From: Eledone cirrhosa
Taxonomy: Eukaryota
Length of the DNA: 64,000 bases
Reading direction: 5' to 3'
Assembly (NCBI GenBank): GCA_964016885.1
Contig: OZ024740.1
Location: forward strand, 266,848,001-266,912,000
How positions within the stretch are numbered: the first letter of the stretch is position 1; each line of letters starts with the position of its first letter. Positions 42,534-56,580 of this stretch are shown here, piece after piece. The notes below the pieces were generated by a model. It ran no database searches. It was not told the DNA's origin and saw only the letters and a list, made by a program, of their open reading frames with translations. The position numbers and the translations under genes were made by a program.

Positions 42534-42705
42534 CATGGCTGTCGTTTTTTGTTTGTATTCTGAAATACAGACCACCATTCAAGGTTGTATATGTTCATAG
42601 AAACACAACAATCATCATGATTTAAATTAAATATAAGAACTTACACTTGTAGTCATCAAGGAAATGCATGTTTTCCTTTGCTGCTGCTGCCACTACTGCT
42701 GCTGA

Positions 42706-42782
<77 letters not shown>

Positions 42783-43261
42783 AAGTTCGCGAGTTTTCGA
42801 CAGCTTGACTATAATGGTTTGTAGTAACTGACACAGTAAACATTCGATATAGAAACTCGGGCATGGGTTAGTAAGTAATAATATCTATACTATAAATGAG
42901 TATGTATGTCCGAACATACAAGGAATATTTCTGAATAATAATAAATAGATTGATAGAATAGCAAACATAATTATCTCTCTGCTTCGAATGCAAACACGTT
43001 TCCGGTACATCCGCAATCAGTTTTTCTGTCGTTTTCTCTTCTCAACACTCTTAGGCATTTATTAATAAGAAAAGTATAAGTTAAGAGACAATTTAATGTA
43101 AATTATTTTTTTTATCTTAAACCGTTTCTAGCAGTCACATTATAGTTGATTTCTCTACTATATTTCATATTCTCTATCTCCCTTCTCTTCTACCATAATA
43201 CATACATATATATATATATATATATATTGTCTGCCTCTCTGTTTGTTCCCGTATAAATTTG

Positions 43262-43329
<68 letters not shown>

Positions 43330-43857
43330 CGTGATGATTTCCTTCGAATGAAACATGGACTACTCTTCTATTAGCACTGTTATAATTGGCTACATCTCAG
43401 AAATACACCAATATCGTGAAGCAAAGAAACGGAGAGGTTAAACATCATCAATGTATTTTTTATTTACAATAGAAATATTAGCTCACCTCCTTTGGTTGAG
43501 CTGCAACAGTCACTGAAAACAACATTGTTGCTAGCCTGCGCACCAGAGTCCAAACATTTCCTAAAAGTGAACCGGAACTATGATTCAGCATTTAAAATGA
43601 TATCTTTTGAAAATATATTTAAAACAGAAGTAGGAACCATGCCAACATTTAATATACACGGGTAAATCTACCATCACATTGGAATAGTCCGAATCCATTT
43701 TCATGAGCTACTACAAATTCAGCAAAACCTCTTTGTTGGAAATATACATAAACAGAGAGAACACCATAGCAGCTATATGAAGGGCATCGGATTGGATATC
43801 ATATTTCTGCGGTTCTATAAGATATATCTGTTCTACAGCACAAACAATTATGTAGAA

Positions 43858-44159
43858 CAGTCATGGGCAACCTGCGGCCCGCGGGCCGCATACGGCTGCG
43901 AAGCTTTCTGAATGGCTCACCTAAGTCACCTAAGTGAAATCTTTCTGATTTTTTTACCCCAACTTTTCAGTCATAATTTATCTTTCTATAATTTTTACGA
44001 TCGAAGAAAATAAAGTCTTTGAATTCTGAAGAAACAAATCAAAACAACCTGAGTTACTGCCCTTTTTTTTTACACGAATGTAAATTAGCGCTTGCGGCCC
44101 GCCTGATGATGATCCATATCTCATGCGGCCCACTTCTCGAAAAAGGTTGCCCATGCCTG
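43858..44159. mobile_element. hAT (Charlie/Tip100-like) MITE
   Basis: TIR cagtcatgggcaacct / aggttgcccatgcctg, perfect 8-bp TSD atgtagaa. Confidence 0.88.
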
Positions 44160-44700
44160 ATGTAGAACGCTTTAAATATACTGTTGCTATTGATATTGTT
44201 GCTGTGGTGAACTTCAATCAAGCGATCCAAAGGATAACATTATGGTTGATTCAATGAAGCAACTTTCAGTGAGGTTGCCTTGATTATAAGTGACATTATT
44301 TATGCCGTAGCTCCAGAGTGAGTCGTATTGATAGCCATTTCTAGGGCATTTTATTTTAAATATGGCGGAGCACATCTCTCCAGGTCTGCATACAGTAGAA
44401 CTCTTCCAGAGAAGGAAAGAATGTGAGAGAATGGAAATGAGAAAGAGATATAGAGGAAAAATCGACTCCAGAAATAGACTGGTGTGTTTTTTATCAACCT
44501 CGAAAGGATGACCTTAGAGAGGAGAGAGCTGAAACGAATATCGCAAAGCATTTTATCTGACGTTCTAACGACTCTGCAATTCATCGCCCATAAGTGACTA
44601 GAAACATGCAAAAAGGACATTGTCTTAAATCTTCTGGACAACGATATATATATATGGCGAAAGAGTTATAGAGAGAGAGAGTGAGAAAGAGGCAGAGAGG

Positions 44701-44783
<83 letters not shown>

Positions 44784-45210
44784 CTGAGAGAGAGAGAGAA
44801 AGAGAAAGAGAGAGAGAAAGAGAGAGATGGCGTAATATATGTGTGAATTCAAACAGGAAATATACTCGTATATTTGGACAGGTTCAAAAGAATCCTAACA
44901 TATTCTTTCGATAACAAAAAATATAATCTGTATCACCAGCATATCTGTAGTAAAAGTACTACATACAATTTTATAGTATGAAACTGGATCATAACTAACT
45001 TACACTCTAGCAAATGTAATATTAGCTATCTTTTAAAAACAAATAGATATTACATTATTATTTTTAATTAGACTATTTTTTCTTATGCAGATGGTGTTTC
45101 TGAGCAAATACTATTTTCTGTACAAACCAGTATATAATTTTGTGAATTAGTAATACACTCATAACTACTTCGCTATGTACAGTGAAATCTTTGCTTCACT
45201 GATGAGGTAA

Positions 45211-45803
45211 TAATTGTTTCTACTTTTGACACAAAGCCAGCAATTATCCCAGTGCATTACTGGTGTTTTATGTTATCGACCCCGTAAGGATGAAAGGCAA
45301 AGTTAACCTCAGAACGTAAAGACCCATAACTTTAAGCTGCAAAGCATGGTGTTTGACACTCTACCGATACTGCCAATCCACTGATTTAGGCACAAGGCCA
45401 ACAAATTTTTTTTTGGGGGGGGGGGAGTCGATTAAATTGACCCAACTGTGTTACTGGTACTTTATTTTATCGCCTCCGTAAGATGAAAGGTAAAGCTAAC
45501 CTCAACAGGATTTGAACTCAGAACGTAAAGGGTGGTAACTTTATGCTGCAAAGCATCTTTTCTGACTCTCCACCGATACTGCCAATTAACTACCCTAATG
45601 AGATAATAATGAGTTTTATTTAGACACAAGGTAAAAGGGAAGTAAATTATATCGATCACAGTATTTTATTTTATCGAACTCTGAAAAGATGAAAGCAAAG
45701 TTGACCTCGGTGAGATTTGAACTCAGAACGAAAAGGGACATAACTAAATGCTACAAAGAATTTTGTCGGACGGTATACCAATTCTGCCAATCCACCGCCC
45801 TTT
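45211..45803 (-). mobile_element. Block of three major SINE copies
   Basis: Three SINE cores. Block flanked by tgatgaggtaa / tggtgaggtaa. Confidence 0.8.
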
Positions 45804-46199
45804 TGGTGAGGTAAAAATAGGACCGAAACATGCTTAGAGTTGTTTCCTATACTTGCTAAAATAATTAAAATATATTCAGTCCCTAAATGATTAATGATAT
45901 ATATTTTCGCCATCTCATAACTATTTCTAGTTAGCTTATCGATACTCACCACATGAAACATTCAATGACTTTACATTTTTATAAATGAAAGAACTATTGA
46001 GTGTCAGTGAACAGTTTAAGAAGCCAACTATTAATATTGTTTACTACCTTTCCAACCCACAACTAAATGCCTGCTACATCAGTATAGGAGCTACATGGTT
46101 TCATGAAATTGGATCAAAATTTGGAACGGCTAAAATTCAAATCTAAATTCCCATAAAGAATGCATCCTCCCAAATCTCTAGTCGTGTGCCTACATCGTA

Positions 46200-46826
46200 G
46201 ATTGGCAGTGTCAGTTAAGCATTGATTATTTGCTTTATGGCTTACAGTTAAGTCCCTTTACGTTCTGAGATCAAATCCCACCGAGGTTAGCTTTGCCTCT
46301 CATCCTTACGGGGTCGATAAAATAAAGTACCAGTAACGTTCTGGGGTCGATTTAATTGACTTTCCCCCTTTCCAAAATTGTTGGCCTTGTACCTAAATCA
46401 GAAACCATTATTTTGTGGATTGGCAGTATCGGTAGAGGGTCGGACGCCATGCTTTCCAGCATAGTTACGTCCCTTTACGATCTGAGTTCAAATCCCACCG
46501 AGGTTGACTTTGCTTTTCATCCTTACGGGGTCGATAAAATAAAGTACCAGTAATGCACTGGGTAATTGCTGGCCTTGTGCCTAAAGTAGAAACAATTATT
46601 TTAAAGGGGCGGTGGTTTGGCAGTATCGGTAGGGAGTCGGACGCCATGCTTTGCAGCATAGAGTTATGACACTTTATGGTCTGAGTTCAAATCCCGCCGA
46701 AGTTAAGTTTGCCTTTCATCCTTACGGGGTCGATAAAATAAAGTACCAGTAATGCACTGGGGTTAATTTAATCGACTTTCCCCTCCCCCAAAATTGCTAG
46801 CCTTGTGCTTATATAAGAAACCATTA
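46200..46826 (+). mobile_element. Three head-to-tail major SINE copies
   Basis: Three consecutive SINE units. Confidence 0.9.
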
Positions 46827-48611
46827 TTATTATTATTAGTATTGCTGTTACTCGGTATTGATGTGACCGGCTAAATTTCACTCCCTAGCTGTCTAGGATG
46901 AGGAATATTGTTGTCACTTCTGCTATTAAGATACTTCCTTATACTTCATATCTGCCCTCTCATTGTATGGAGGACTATCTGAATAATTGTTGATCCAAGT
47001 AAACAACTGTCTGATTTAACCTCGTTTACTCTCAAAAGATAATTGGCAATATTATCACATCGAAAATTTTTTTTATTCCAATTCACTTCTTTCTAAATTC
47101 ATTAATTATCTATTTGTGAGTATGAAAATGTTTTTGCCATACTTTTGTAACCTGTAGTTATCAATCTGATGAGATATAAACGAATTCATTTCGGATAATC
47201 GTTGATTTTAGATGCGTAAAGTTTTTATTTTTATTTTTATTTCTCGAATAAAACAAAGAAAATAACTCGTAGCGTATCATGCAAATGTTTCATGGCCCCA
47301 GTGGACGAAATAGCGAATGTGTTAGCCCGGAGAGACGACGATGCGTTGAAAGGGCCAGTCTACCTCACAGAGTTCATCTTTCAGAGAGCCATTTCCATCA
47401 CGATCCATGTCTCCATCCTTACCAGAGAGTTGCCAGTACTCTTTAATCTATCTATACAATAAAATGTGCAAGTCTTTCGATTTAGACCTTAAGAGATTTC
47501 GTGGCGTTTATACAATTCCTAGCTACACCAGGGAAATGTTAACGAGAAACTATCGAAATCAAACTGTTTATTCGTCTCAATGAGAGTTCACCTCTACCAT
47601 CACTGAATTCGGGGTGGTACGACCACGAGGGCGGCAAAAGACCGAATGGCATCAGAATCTTTCTTTTTCGATGCAGTAAGTCTCTAATCTATATTATCAA
47701 AGAAAAACTGTTTCTCCGTCTGTCTGTCCGTCACACTTATATATAGAAGGAGTGAAAAGGTGAGCCAACCCCACTTTTAAGTTGAGAGGTGAAAAGAGAT
47801 AACGTATGTCATGCTTATATGCAAGCTTAAGAATCTACATACATTAGAAGTAATAAGGTAGAGATCTGTATGAGGGGGATGAGGAGCCTGTGAGGAGGGT
47901 GCACCTAGTTTAGATTACAACAGTACTTAGTCGTTGTAAAATCGATGTCAAGTCAAGGCTTCAACATCAGACAAACTGATGATAGAATGCTGAGAAAATA
48001 TCTGTTGCTCCGTGGTGCGTCTTTAGCTAATTTATCTGCTTGGATGACGAAACATTTGTAGGACTTATTGTAATATGATGTAAACCTCTTGATTATTAAA
48101 AAAAGTAAAACTGAATAAACTAAAGGTGTCAAGAAAGCAGTAACATACCTCCATTTTTCTTTTATTTAATATTTGCTAGTCGACACAAGAGGCGTAGTAA
48201 ATACATTATAAAAACTACCATTTTTGTTTGAATAACTAGTTAGGTGGCTATGGAACACGTGACCTTCTCGAAAAAAAAAAGATGCTACATTATTCAAGCA
48301 AACTAATATGATTTTGGCCTCCTTCGTAAATATTGTGACGTTAACATGTCTGAACATACGTTTGTATAAGCTGTTTCCGGGCACCCCATCCGTGGGAAGA
48401 TCCCGAATGCTATAGATTGAATTACAAAACTACTTGTCTTCTCAGCTAACCTCCTTCCCAGTGCTATCTATACAGGACGCCATTTTCAAAATGAAACACT
48501 TCCGGTCTGTTCGTGCTAAATCGTTCCTTGTGTGCTGAGATTGTTCTATTGAGGATATTAATACTTCAAATGTGCTTGTTTGAAGCCAATTCAAAAAACT
48601 ACTTTACTAAC

Positions 48612-48707
<96 letters not shown>

Positions 48708-48784
48708 GTCTGTCTGTCTGTCTGTCTGTCTATTTATTTATCTACATATCTACCTCTATCTGTCAGTCTCTCTCGCTCTCTCTC

Positions 48785-48901
<117 letters not shown>

Positions 48902-48943
48902 CATACGGATTGGACACTACCGTAAACTCTTGGTAGATTTATC

Positions 48944-49038
<95 letters not shown>

Positions 49039-49789
49039 ATATATATGTATATATATATGCATATATATATATATATATATTTACCACAAGAACTGGTTAG
49101 ATTCACTCTTCATTTATATAGTTATGACAAAACTTTCAACACCCTTTCTACAACCTGGTTACTTTTACTATTCCATTCTAGCTTGTTTTGGCAATGTCAA
49201 ATAGATATTTGCATAACTAACAGTTTCAACATGTGAATTGTACTCTCTTATTTTCTCATTTGTATCATTTATACACACATTTACATATACACACACAAAC
49301 ACATATAAATACATACATACAAACATATATACATACATATATATATATATACATGCATATATACATCTATACATACATCTATACATACATCTATACATAC
49401 CTACATGCATGCATACATACACACACACATACACACATACATACGTACATATTATACATCTATACATACATACATGGATGCACACATGCACACACATACA
49501 TGCATGGCTGCCTTCATACATATATACACACATACATATATACATACATACACACATATGCATACATACATGCATACATGCATACATGCATGTATAAATA
49601 TATATGCATATATATATGCATGCACACATAAATACTTAGATACATATATACATACACACATACATACACACACATACATACATACATACATACATACATA
49701 CATACATACATACATACATACATACATACATACATACATACATACATACATACATACATACATACATACAAATATACGTACATACATAC

Positions 49790-50062
49790 GTGATGGCAGC
49801 AAACTTGTGTTCGAGCATTGCCATCGCCCGATAAAATGCTCAGAAATGCGAGGCACGAATGTGGCTCTTTAAACCAGCCAAAGACTTGCACCCTCTAGCA
49901 CATACATAGCAACTGTAGGCTCCTCCGGGACCTTCCATTTCTTTGTTCTGGCTGTGTCTTCTCATGTGTCTTTTAAGAACTCCCAAGCTCGCACATTCCT
50001 TGCCACATCCCTTACACCTTTTCAGATCATAATCTACATGAGGTCTACTGATATTACTTTGT
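49790..50062 (-). mobile_element. RTE-type LINE 3' end with C2H2-like motifs and (ATGT)n tail
   Basis: ORF RCKGCGKECASLGVLKRHMRRH...CYVCARGCKSLAGLKSHIR, then a stop and a 3' end similar to the bipartite element. Confidence 0.65.
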
Positions 50063-50076
50063 ACATACATACATAC

Positions 50077-50470
50077 ATGGTGGCTACCAACTCGTTTTCG
50101 AGTACGGCCACTACTTTATATCCATGTAGGAGAATCCCTACCGATGCGCTGAACGAGTGTGACCCCCCCCCCCCCCCCAGTCCAGCCAGCGACTCGAAAA
50201 CTCCGGCACAAACAATACACTTGTGACAATTATTGACACATAGTGCTGGGCCCATGGTACCATGTGACGACAAGTGCAGAGAGATCTCCAGATATAAAAC
50301 AATGCCTGTGCCGTGAAGCTTTTATAGTGAGCAAAGGCACTGCACAAAGCCAGTCCCACTCTCTTAACCAAGATGATATTTACCAAAAAGAAGAACAAGT
50401 CAACATCATTGGATACCATCAGGGTTGCAGGTGTTATATCAGAGTTTTCCTTCTCCTAGAATTCTGCCTT
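50077..50470 (-). mobile_element. 5'-truncated copy of the bipartite RTE-derived element
   Basis: Reverse complement of ~54265-54657. (TACA)n on both sides. Confidence 0.8.
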
Positions 50471-51419
50471 CACATACATACATACATACATACATACATA
50501 CATACATACATACATACATACATACATACATACATACATACATACATAGGAAATTACAAGTACAATCCATTAATGGAACAGTAAAAATATGTAAAACATT
50601 CCAAAAACTTTGCATCTAATAACTGCATATACACATGTACAGATGCAAAGCATATACACATGCACACATACAACTCAAAACATACACATCCACACATACA
50701 ATAACATCCATATCTACACATGCATACATACATATCTACCTAGTTGATGTTGTGTAAATTCCAATGAGAGAGTCTTGTGTTTATGTTAGAAACCGACTCT
50801 CTCTCTATTGGTAAAACTTTGTGAAATTATAAAACCAGAAGAACATACATACATACATACATACTTACATGCATTCGCCCTCTCTTTTCTTTAAATCTGA
50901 CTCTTCTTTCGTTTTTCCTGTATGGAGCAGGTAATTTACGTAGTTAACCAAGTCCAGGGCCAAATGGGGATGTTAAGCCAGTTAAGTCTACTACCCAAGA
51001 AATTAAGACCTGCATCGACCGGGAGTCGTTCCAAAATCGAATGCTTGAAGGACAACCATACAAACTATTTACATCATCGAACATATTTATTTAAAATATG
51101 TTATAACCAGATTATTAATATGGGCGTTATCTTAATCATTCTATCCATTGAAATATTTCACATGGAAAATTTTGTAATAACTGTTGAATTAGACTACGAT
51201 ATAAATCTAAGAAATTAGTAGAAAGATTACAGCTTTTTGCCGTCTTAAGTAACATTTCAACCACCGAACATATCTTACTTCTTTGATTAAGGTGAAGATA
51301 GTTTTTATTCTTTACAGCATACGAAAACTGAAGTTTTGTCCACACAATACAACATTTTTTGATTAACTCACGACACTTTATGCAGCCGAAACCTGGTGCA
51401 GTCTGCGACTGACCCAGGC

Positions 51420-51705
51420 TTTGGTGCACGTCGGGCTGAGGGGCCAAACTCCTCAAATACCGGTCGTTCTCCGACACGTTTGCAGTCGTACCCCTGGCAG
51501 TGGAGACTCTGGTGTCCTTGGCCCCAGGGCTACCTCCTTATTCACCACCATAGGCGCTGAGCTGGCCAGCCGCAGGTGTGAGCCCCGCCAGTTGGAGTGG
51601 CTCTTCCAGCACGTCTCCCTCGCCGTCCTCCGGGGAAACGCCTTCTCCATTCTGTCCGCCGGGGCTGTGGGTGGGCCCCATTGCGTACCGTTGTAGTTGT
51701 TGTAG
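51420..51705 (+). mobile_element. 3' end of a CRE-like (restriction-like endonuclease) non-LTR retrotransposon; shorter copy at ~27680-27850
   Basis: ORF ...GVLGPRATSLFTTIG...EWLFQHVSLAVLRGNAFSIL matches the FQRxSxAxxRGNA C-terminal motif of CRE-clade elements. GC-rich, ends in a GTT/GTA repeat. Confidence 0.65.
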
Positions 51706-53818
51706 AAGAAATAGGAAGACAACAACTAGAAAGTTTGATTTTCTAGAACTTAATGTTTGCTTAGTATTTCGATATTAAGTTTATCTACATAAGTACTATA
51801 TTAGCGTCTGCTAATTGTATGGCTGCAAACAACTGTAATAATTAACTCTGCCAATATGACAGTAAGTTAATGTATAGTACTATCAAAAATACAAAGCTGA
51901 TCCCAATAAAAGCTCAGTATAAATTTAAATACAAAACGATTTAAAGGAACGTTTTAATAGGAATTAAGTAAATATAACGCACATTAAAATATATAACAAG
52001 GGTTTGCTTCGGAACAAAGTTGGCATAGAAATCTGTGTTATTCTAATAACACAATAGTATTATAATAATATTCGGGATGTGAATGCAACTAGTGTCGGTA
52101 GACTAAACATCATTGTCCAGATAACGTAAGTCTTTGTTTTCTTAGATATCGACAATAAACATAGACAAAGTAAATTTGCTTTCCAGCTGTATTTTTATAG
52201 TGTCTGTATTTTACAATGGATTCGTTATTGATAACTGTGTGTGTAATTTATGTAGATATTTCATAGAAACATAGATGATTAAATACTTATATTCAGAAGC
52301 AGATTTATATAGTAGTGTATATTGTTTTAACTGGATAAAAATCACTGGTATCTTACATAAATATAATCTACGATTCGAATCGTCAAGGACACGTCAAATA
52401 TTCAAATCAGTGTATCTCGTTTGATAAAGCACTTAGTAATAATGTTCTTTTTAAAAAACAATTTCAAAGAGATCAGTTTGAGGTGAGTAAACGGTTACTG
52501 TTAAAAACGTAATAGCATTTGAAACTATAGTTCAGCTGATCCTCTTTTTTCTGTTTTCGGTGAAATTGTATATACAAGAAGCCGTTTACGACTGTTTAAT
52601 GTATGAAATTTTAAAGTGTTGGTTAAAATCTATATGTCTGTCTTATATAATATGGTTTACTAATTTTGGCAGACGGAGAAGAGGAAGTTGATTATATCGT
52701 CCACCGTACTTCACTGGTACTTTATTTATCGACCATAACATGATGAAAGACACAGTTGAATTCGGTGAAATTTAAACTCAAAACGTAAAGAGCTGGCATA
52801 AATGCTGCTAAGCATTTGTCCGATGCTCTAACGACTCAGCAAATTCTCCCCTTTTCCTATTATACAAGGGTCGGCTGAAACGTTCATAGTCTGACCAAGA
52901 TGCTCTTATGGAATTACCAAATGAGGTTTATTGTTTCAACATAGTCCTTGGAAAGAAACAATGTATTTATTAATAAGAAGAGTTGAAATTAATGCATGCA
53001 AGATTTCACAGCATTATCATCATTCCTTCATAGTCTGCTTATAATATAGCACCAAAAACAAACACTGCTAACGTTTTAGTAATTTATATCGTCAAATTTA
53101 TTTATAGGAAGGGAAATTATTGTGTGATATATTGTGTCACACTTTTCTGATAAGGATTAGTTAAGTGAATGAAGTCGCTACAACTACAATCGAAACTGTG
53201 TAACTCTCATACTGAAACCGTACATTTTTCTCTGTTCAGCATTCATTTCAGATTAGTGTCGTATGTTTAATTTAAGTCCTGACTTTAACGTTGTATTCTG
53301 TGTGTATGTATGAGTGTGAACGCATATTGTCCTCACTACACCGACACAACAGAATTTATAATTGTTCCAGTGTCACAGCCTTCATTTAAAAACTGAATGA
53401 AAGCTACATCCGGCGCATATGTTCTCAATGAAATGATGTTAAATATTGGATACAATTCCTTTGTAGCTGAGAAGCATTGAATGCAGCAGTCATTGAGAGA
53501 GAGAGAGATAGCGACATAGATGTTAACAAACAGACAGGCGGACGGATATAACAAACTCTAAGTTAGTTAGGCAAATATCGGTATTCAGAAGAATAAATTA
53601 CAATTCTTTATATCAGGACAACGTTAAACATTTGATAACGGGACATATAGTTGACTGAATTATCGCCAGTATTCACCTGGTATGTATTTTATCGATCTCA
53701 GTGTGAATGGAAGACCATATTGGCTCGGTTATAATTTGTACAGAAAATTAAGAAAGTAGGCTAAATATTCTACTAGAAGATAATTTAACAAGCCGTTTTA
53801 TCATCTCTACAGCCAACA

Positions 53819-53945
<127 letters not shown>

Positions 53946-54043
53946 TACACACACACACACACTATATATATATATATATACACGCATATACATATATATA
54001 TATGTGTGTATGTATATGTGTGTATATATATATATATATTTAT

Positions 54044-54657
54044 GTCAGGTCACCAGTTGCTGCTACTGGTAACATGTATCCCAGTACAACCTGTCTCATG
54101 GTCGAGTCGTTGGCGACTAAACTGGCAACCCCACCAAGGTTTCTTGGTGAGGAGGGTGACTTTGGACATCCTGCAGGACTAAAAACAAAACCTGTCAAAG
54201 GGCAAAGGAGCTCTTAAGAGTCAATGGCCATCCAAAATCATCGGGAGAGATGACCCCTTAGCCTTTGTCAAGGCAGAATTCTAGGAGAAGGAAAACTCTG
54301 ATATAACACCTGCAACCCTGATGGTATCCAATGATGTTGACTTGTTCTTCTTTTTGGTAAATATCATCTTGGTTAAGAGAGTGGGACTGGCTTTGTGCAG
54401 TGCCTTTCCTCACTATAAAAGCTTCACGGCACAGGCATTGCTTTATATCTGGAGATCTCTCTGCACTTGTCGTCACGTGGTACCATGGGCCCAGCACTAT
54501 GTGTCAATAATTGTCACAAGTGTAGCGTTTGTACCTACCAGAGTTTTCAAGTCGCTGGCTGGACTAAAAATTCACACTCGTTCAGCGTATCGGTAGGGGT
54601 TCTCCTACATGGATATAAAGTAGTGGCCGTACTCGAAAACGAGTTGGCAGCCACCAT
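54044..54657 (+). mobile_element. Bipartite RTE-derived element, full copy
   Basis: Near-identical to the reverse complement of 21930-22535. Microsatellite flanks. Confidence 0.8.
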
Positions 54658-55089
54658 ATATATATATACATACATGTGTGTGTGTGTGTGTGGGTGTCAG
54701 TGTGTCAGTGTGTGTGTGTGTGTGAGTACGCAAACATATTCATCCACATATAATGTATGCAGGAGTGCAGTTCTAATTTTTAGGCGCCGGAGCAGATAAA
54801 ATGTTTGTCATTTCCTCACTCGGTATATATATATGTCACACCCAACTATCATCACTCATAGTTAAGACATTAATGAGATTATAGTCTATCGTTACATTAC
54901 AGTGTATAAATGCTACAATAAAACAATAGTTTATTTAATAATATGATAAATTATTTTACGGTTGCAGTGCAACTTGCACTCACAAATTATCATCACATAT
55001 AATTATAAATCACGTAAATATCAATGGAGTAATCCGTTCTCACATTCAACAATACCAATAGGAGTAATTTGTGTCTACATTAATGGACA

Positions 55090-55291
55090 TACGAGGGTCG
55101 GCTGAAAAGTTCATAAGTTGACTATGAAGGGGTGATACTAGTATTGTGAAATCTTGCATACATTAATTTCAACTCTTCTTATTAATAACCGCATTGTTTC
55201 TTTATAGGGACTATGTTAAAAAATAAGCCTCGTTTGGTTATTCCATGAAAGTATCTTAGTTAGCATCTGAATGTTTCAACCGATCCTCGTA
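55090..55291 (+). mobile_element. Mariner-type MITE
   Basis: TIR tacgagggtcggctgaaa / tttcaaccgatcctcgta. Confidence 0.85.
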
Positions 55292-55294
55292 TTT

Positions 55295-55900
55295 CAGGGT
55301 TTCAGAAGTTTGAGAGCCTAAAACCTAAACCTCCGTAAAACACATAAAACTAATTTCTAATAAAATCCCACAATAATATTAATCAACCCAACTAAAATTG
55401 ATATTGGGAAAATAAATAGACAGCTTCTTGATATAATAATCCCTAAAGTTCAGGAAGAATTGCTATTACCACCATGGTAAAATACTCACTAGATAATTCA
55501 CTGGCTTAAAGGAATCCCTCACGTTAATGCGAAAGTTTTGCAATTTCATATTACAAGGTATTCCTTTCTACCGTTCTTCCACTTTTAAGTAAGGCCATTG
55601 ATTTTGCTAGGTCCATAACTTACATCGAAATACAAAGACTTTTTAAGGATTAAAATTCACCAGACACTCCGTTTAATGTAAGCATGGGTTCAAGGGACTC
55701 GGCAGAAATTACTGACTTCGGTGACACTTTCTTACTCCACAAACTTGAATCTAAATTCCCGTTCTTGGAAAGAGGTCTATACAGATATGGCGGCCTGCTG
55801 TTGTTGAATAACTACTATCCACAGAAGACCGACACGATCAGTAAAGACCTACATATATTCTTCAAGGAATTTTGATTCTCTATCGATATTGACGATCCTT
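55295..55900 (+). mobile_element. Degenerate Penelope-like reverse transcriptase fragment
   Basis: Frames give ILINPTKIDIGKI, FNVSMGSRDSAEITD and GLYRYGGL (cf. PLE RLINPxKSxIGKI, FxVxMGSxDGAE, GLYRDDGL). Confidence 0.75.
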
Positions 55901-56079
55901 CACAAAGTAGATGTTCTGTATATAAGTCTGGACATTTAACCACTTCTAAAACATATATACAAATTGTTGCTGTTCTTTAGTCAACATCAACTCTGATCTG
56001 GTGGACATGACAAAACGTGATCAATCTGCCATTTTCAAAACACAGTGTATGAATGGCTACTTTTTTAAAGACGGTAAGG

Positions 56080-56580
56080 TTTAATTTTAAGATCAGTTCA
56101 GAGAGGAACAAAAAGAAGCAGCAACCAATATCACGCAGAAGTGGATCACATTAACTATTTAGAGTCTACTTTGGTCAAGAATAGCAGCCAAATAAGGAAG
56201 CTAAATAAGAAGAATCGTCATATGGAAAAGGAGTTCCATCAGTGTTCCCACGAAGCTTTTATACTGTACGGGTTCCTAGTGACATCAACTCCTCTCTTTA
56301 GGTGTGAATCCTGGATACTTTCTACCGATATAAAACGAAGAATGTACAAATTTAAGCACAAATACTTCAGAAGGCTGTTGTTTCGCATCTCATACACAGA
56401 GTACAAGGCAGCCAAAAAACAAAACAAAAAAAAACAAACAAATATGTTGGTTGGCAGGAAACACTCTCTACAACAGTGAAAAGCGAAAAGCTGACAGCCC
56501 CAAACCATTCTCCTGGGTACAGTTGAAAGAAGGCAAAGAAGAGGCAGATAAAAAGTATCCTGGTTCGGCGACATCGCGTA
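56080..56580 (+). mobile_element. Degenerate RTE-clade LINE fragment
   Basis: LFRCESWILSTDIKRRMYKFKHKYFRRLLFRISY (cf. YGCESW...FE..C.RRIL.ISY). Confidence 0.65.

Noticed and set aside
43500-43810. Possible Gypsy gag-like fragment (FPKSEPEL*FS)
   Set aside because: Only a short motif resemblance with stops. It cannot be supported without a search.
47160-47210. CTGATGAG followed by a possible stem II (hammerhead candidate)
   Set aside because: The GAAA half of the core is not present (reads ggata), so it is too degenerate to call.
49840-50070. Possible host C2H2 zinc-finger gene exon
   Set aside because: It ends in an RTE-type 3' end and (ATGT)n tail and resembles the repeated bipartite element, so it is better explained as a LINE C-terminus.
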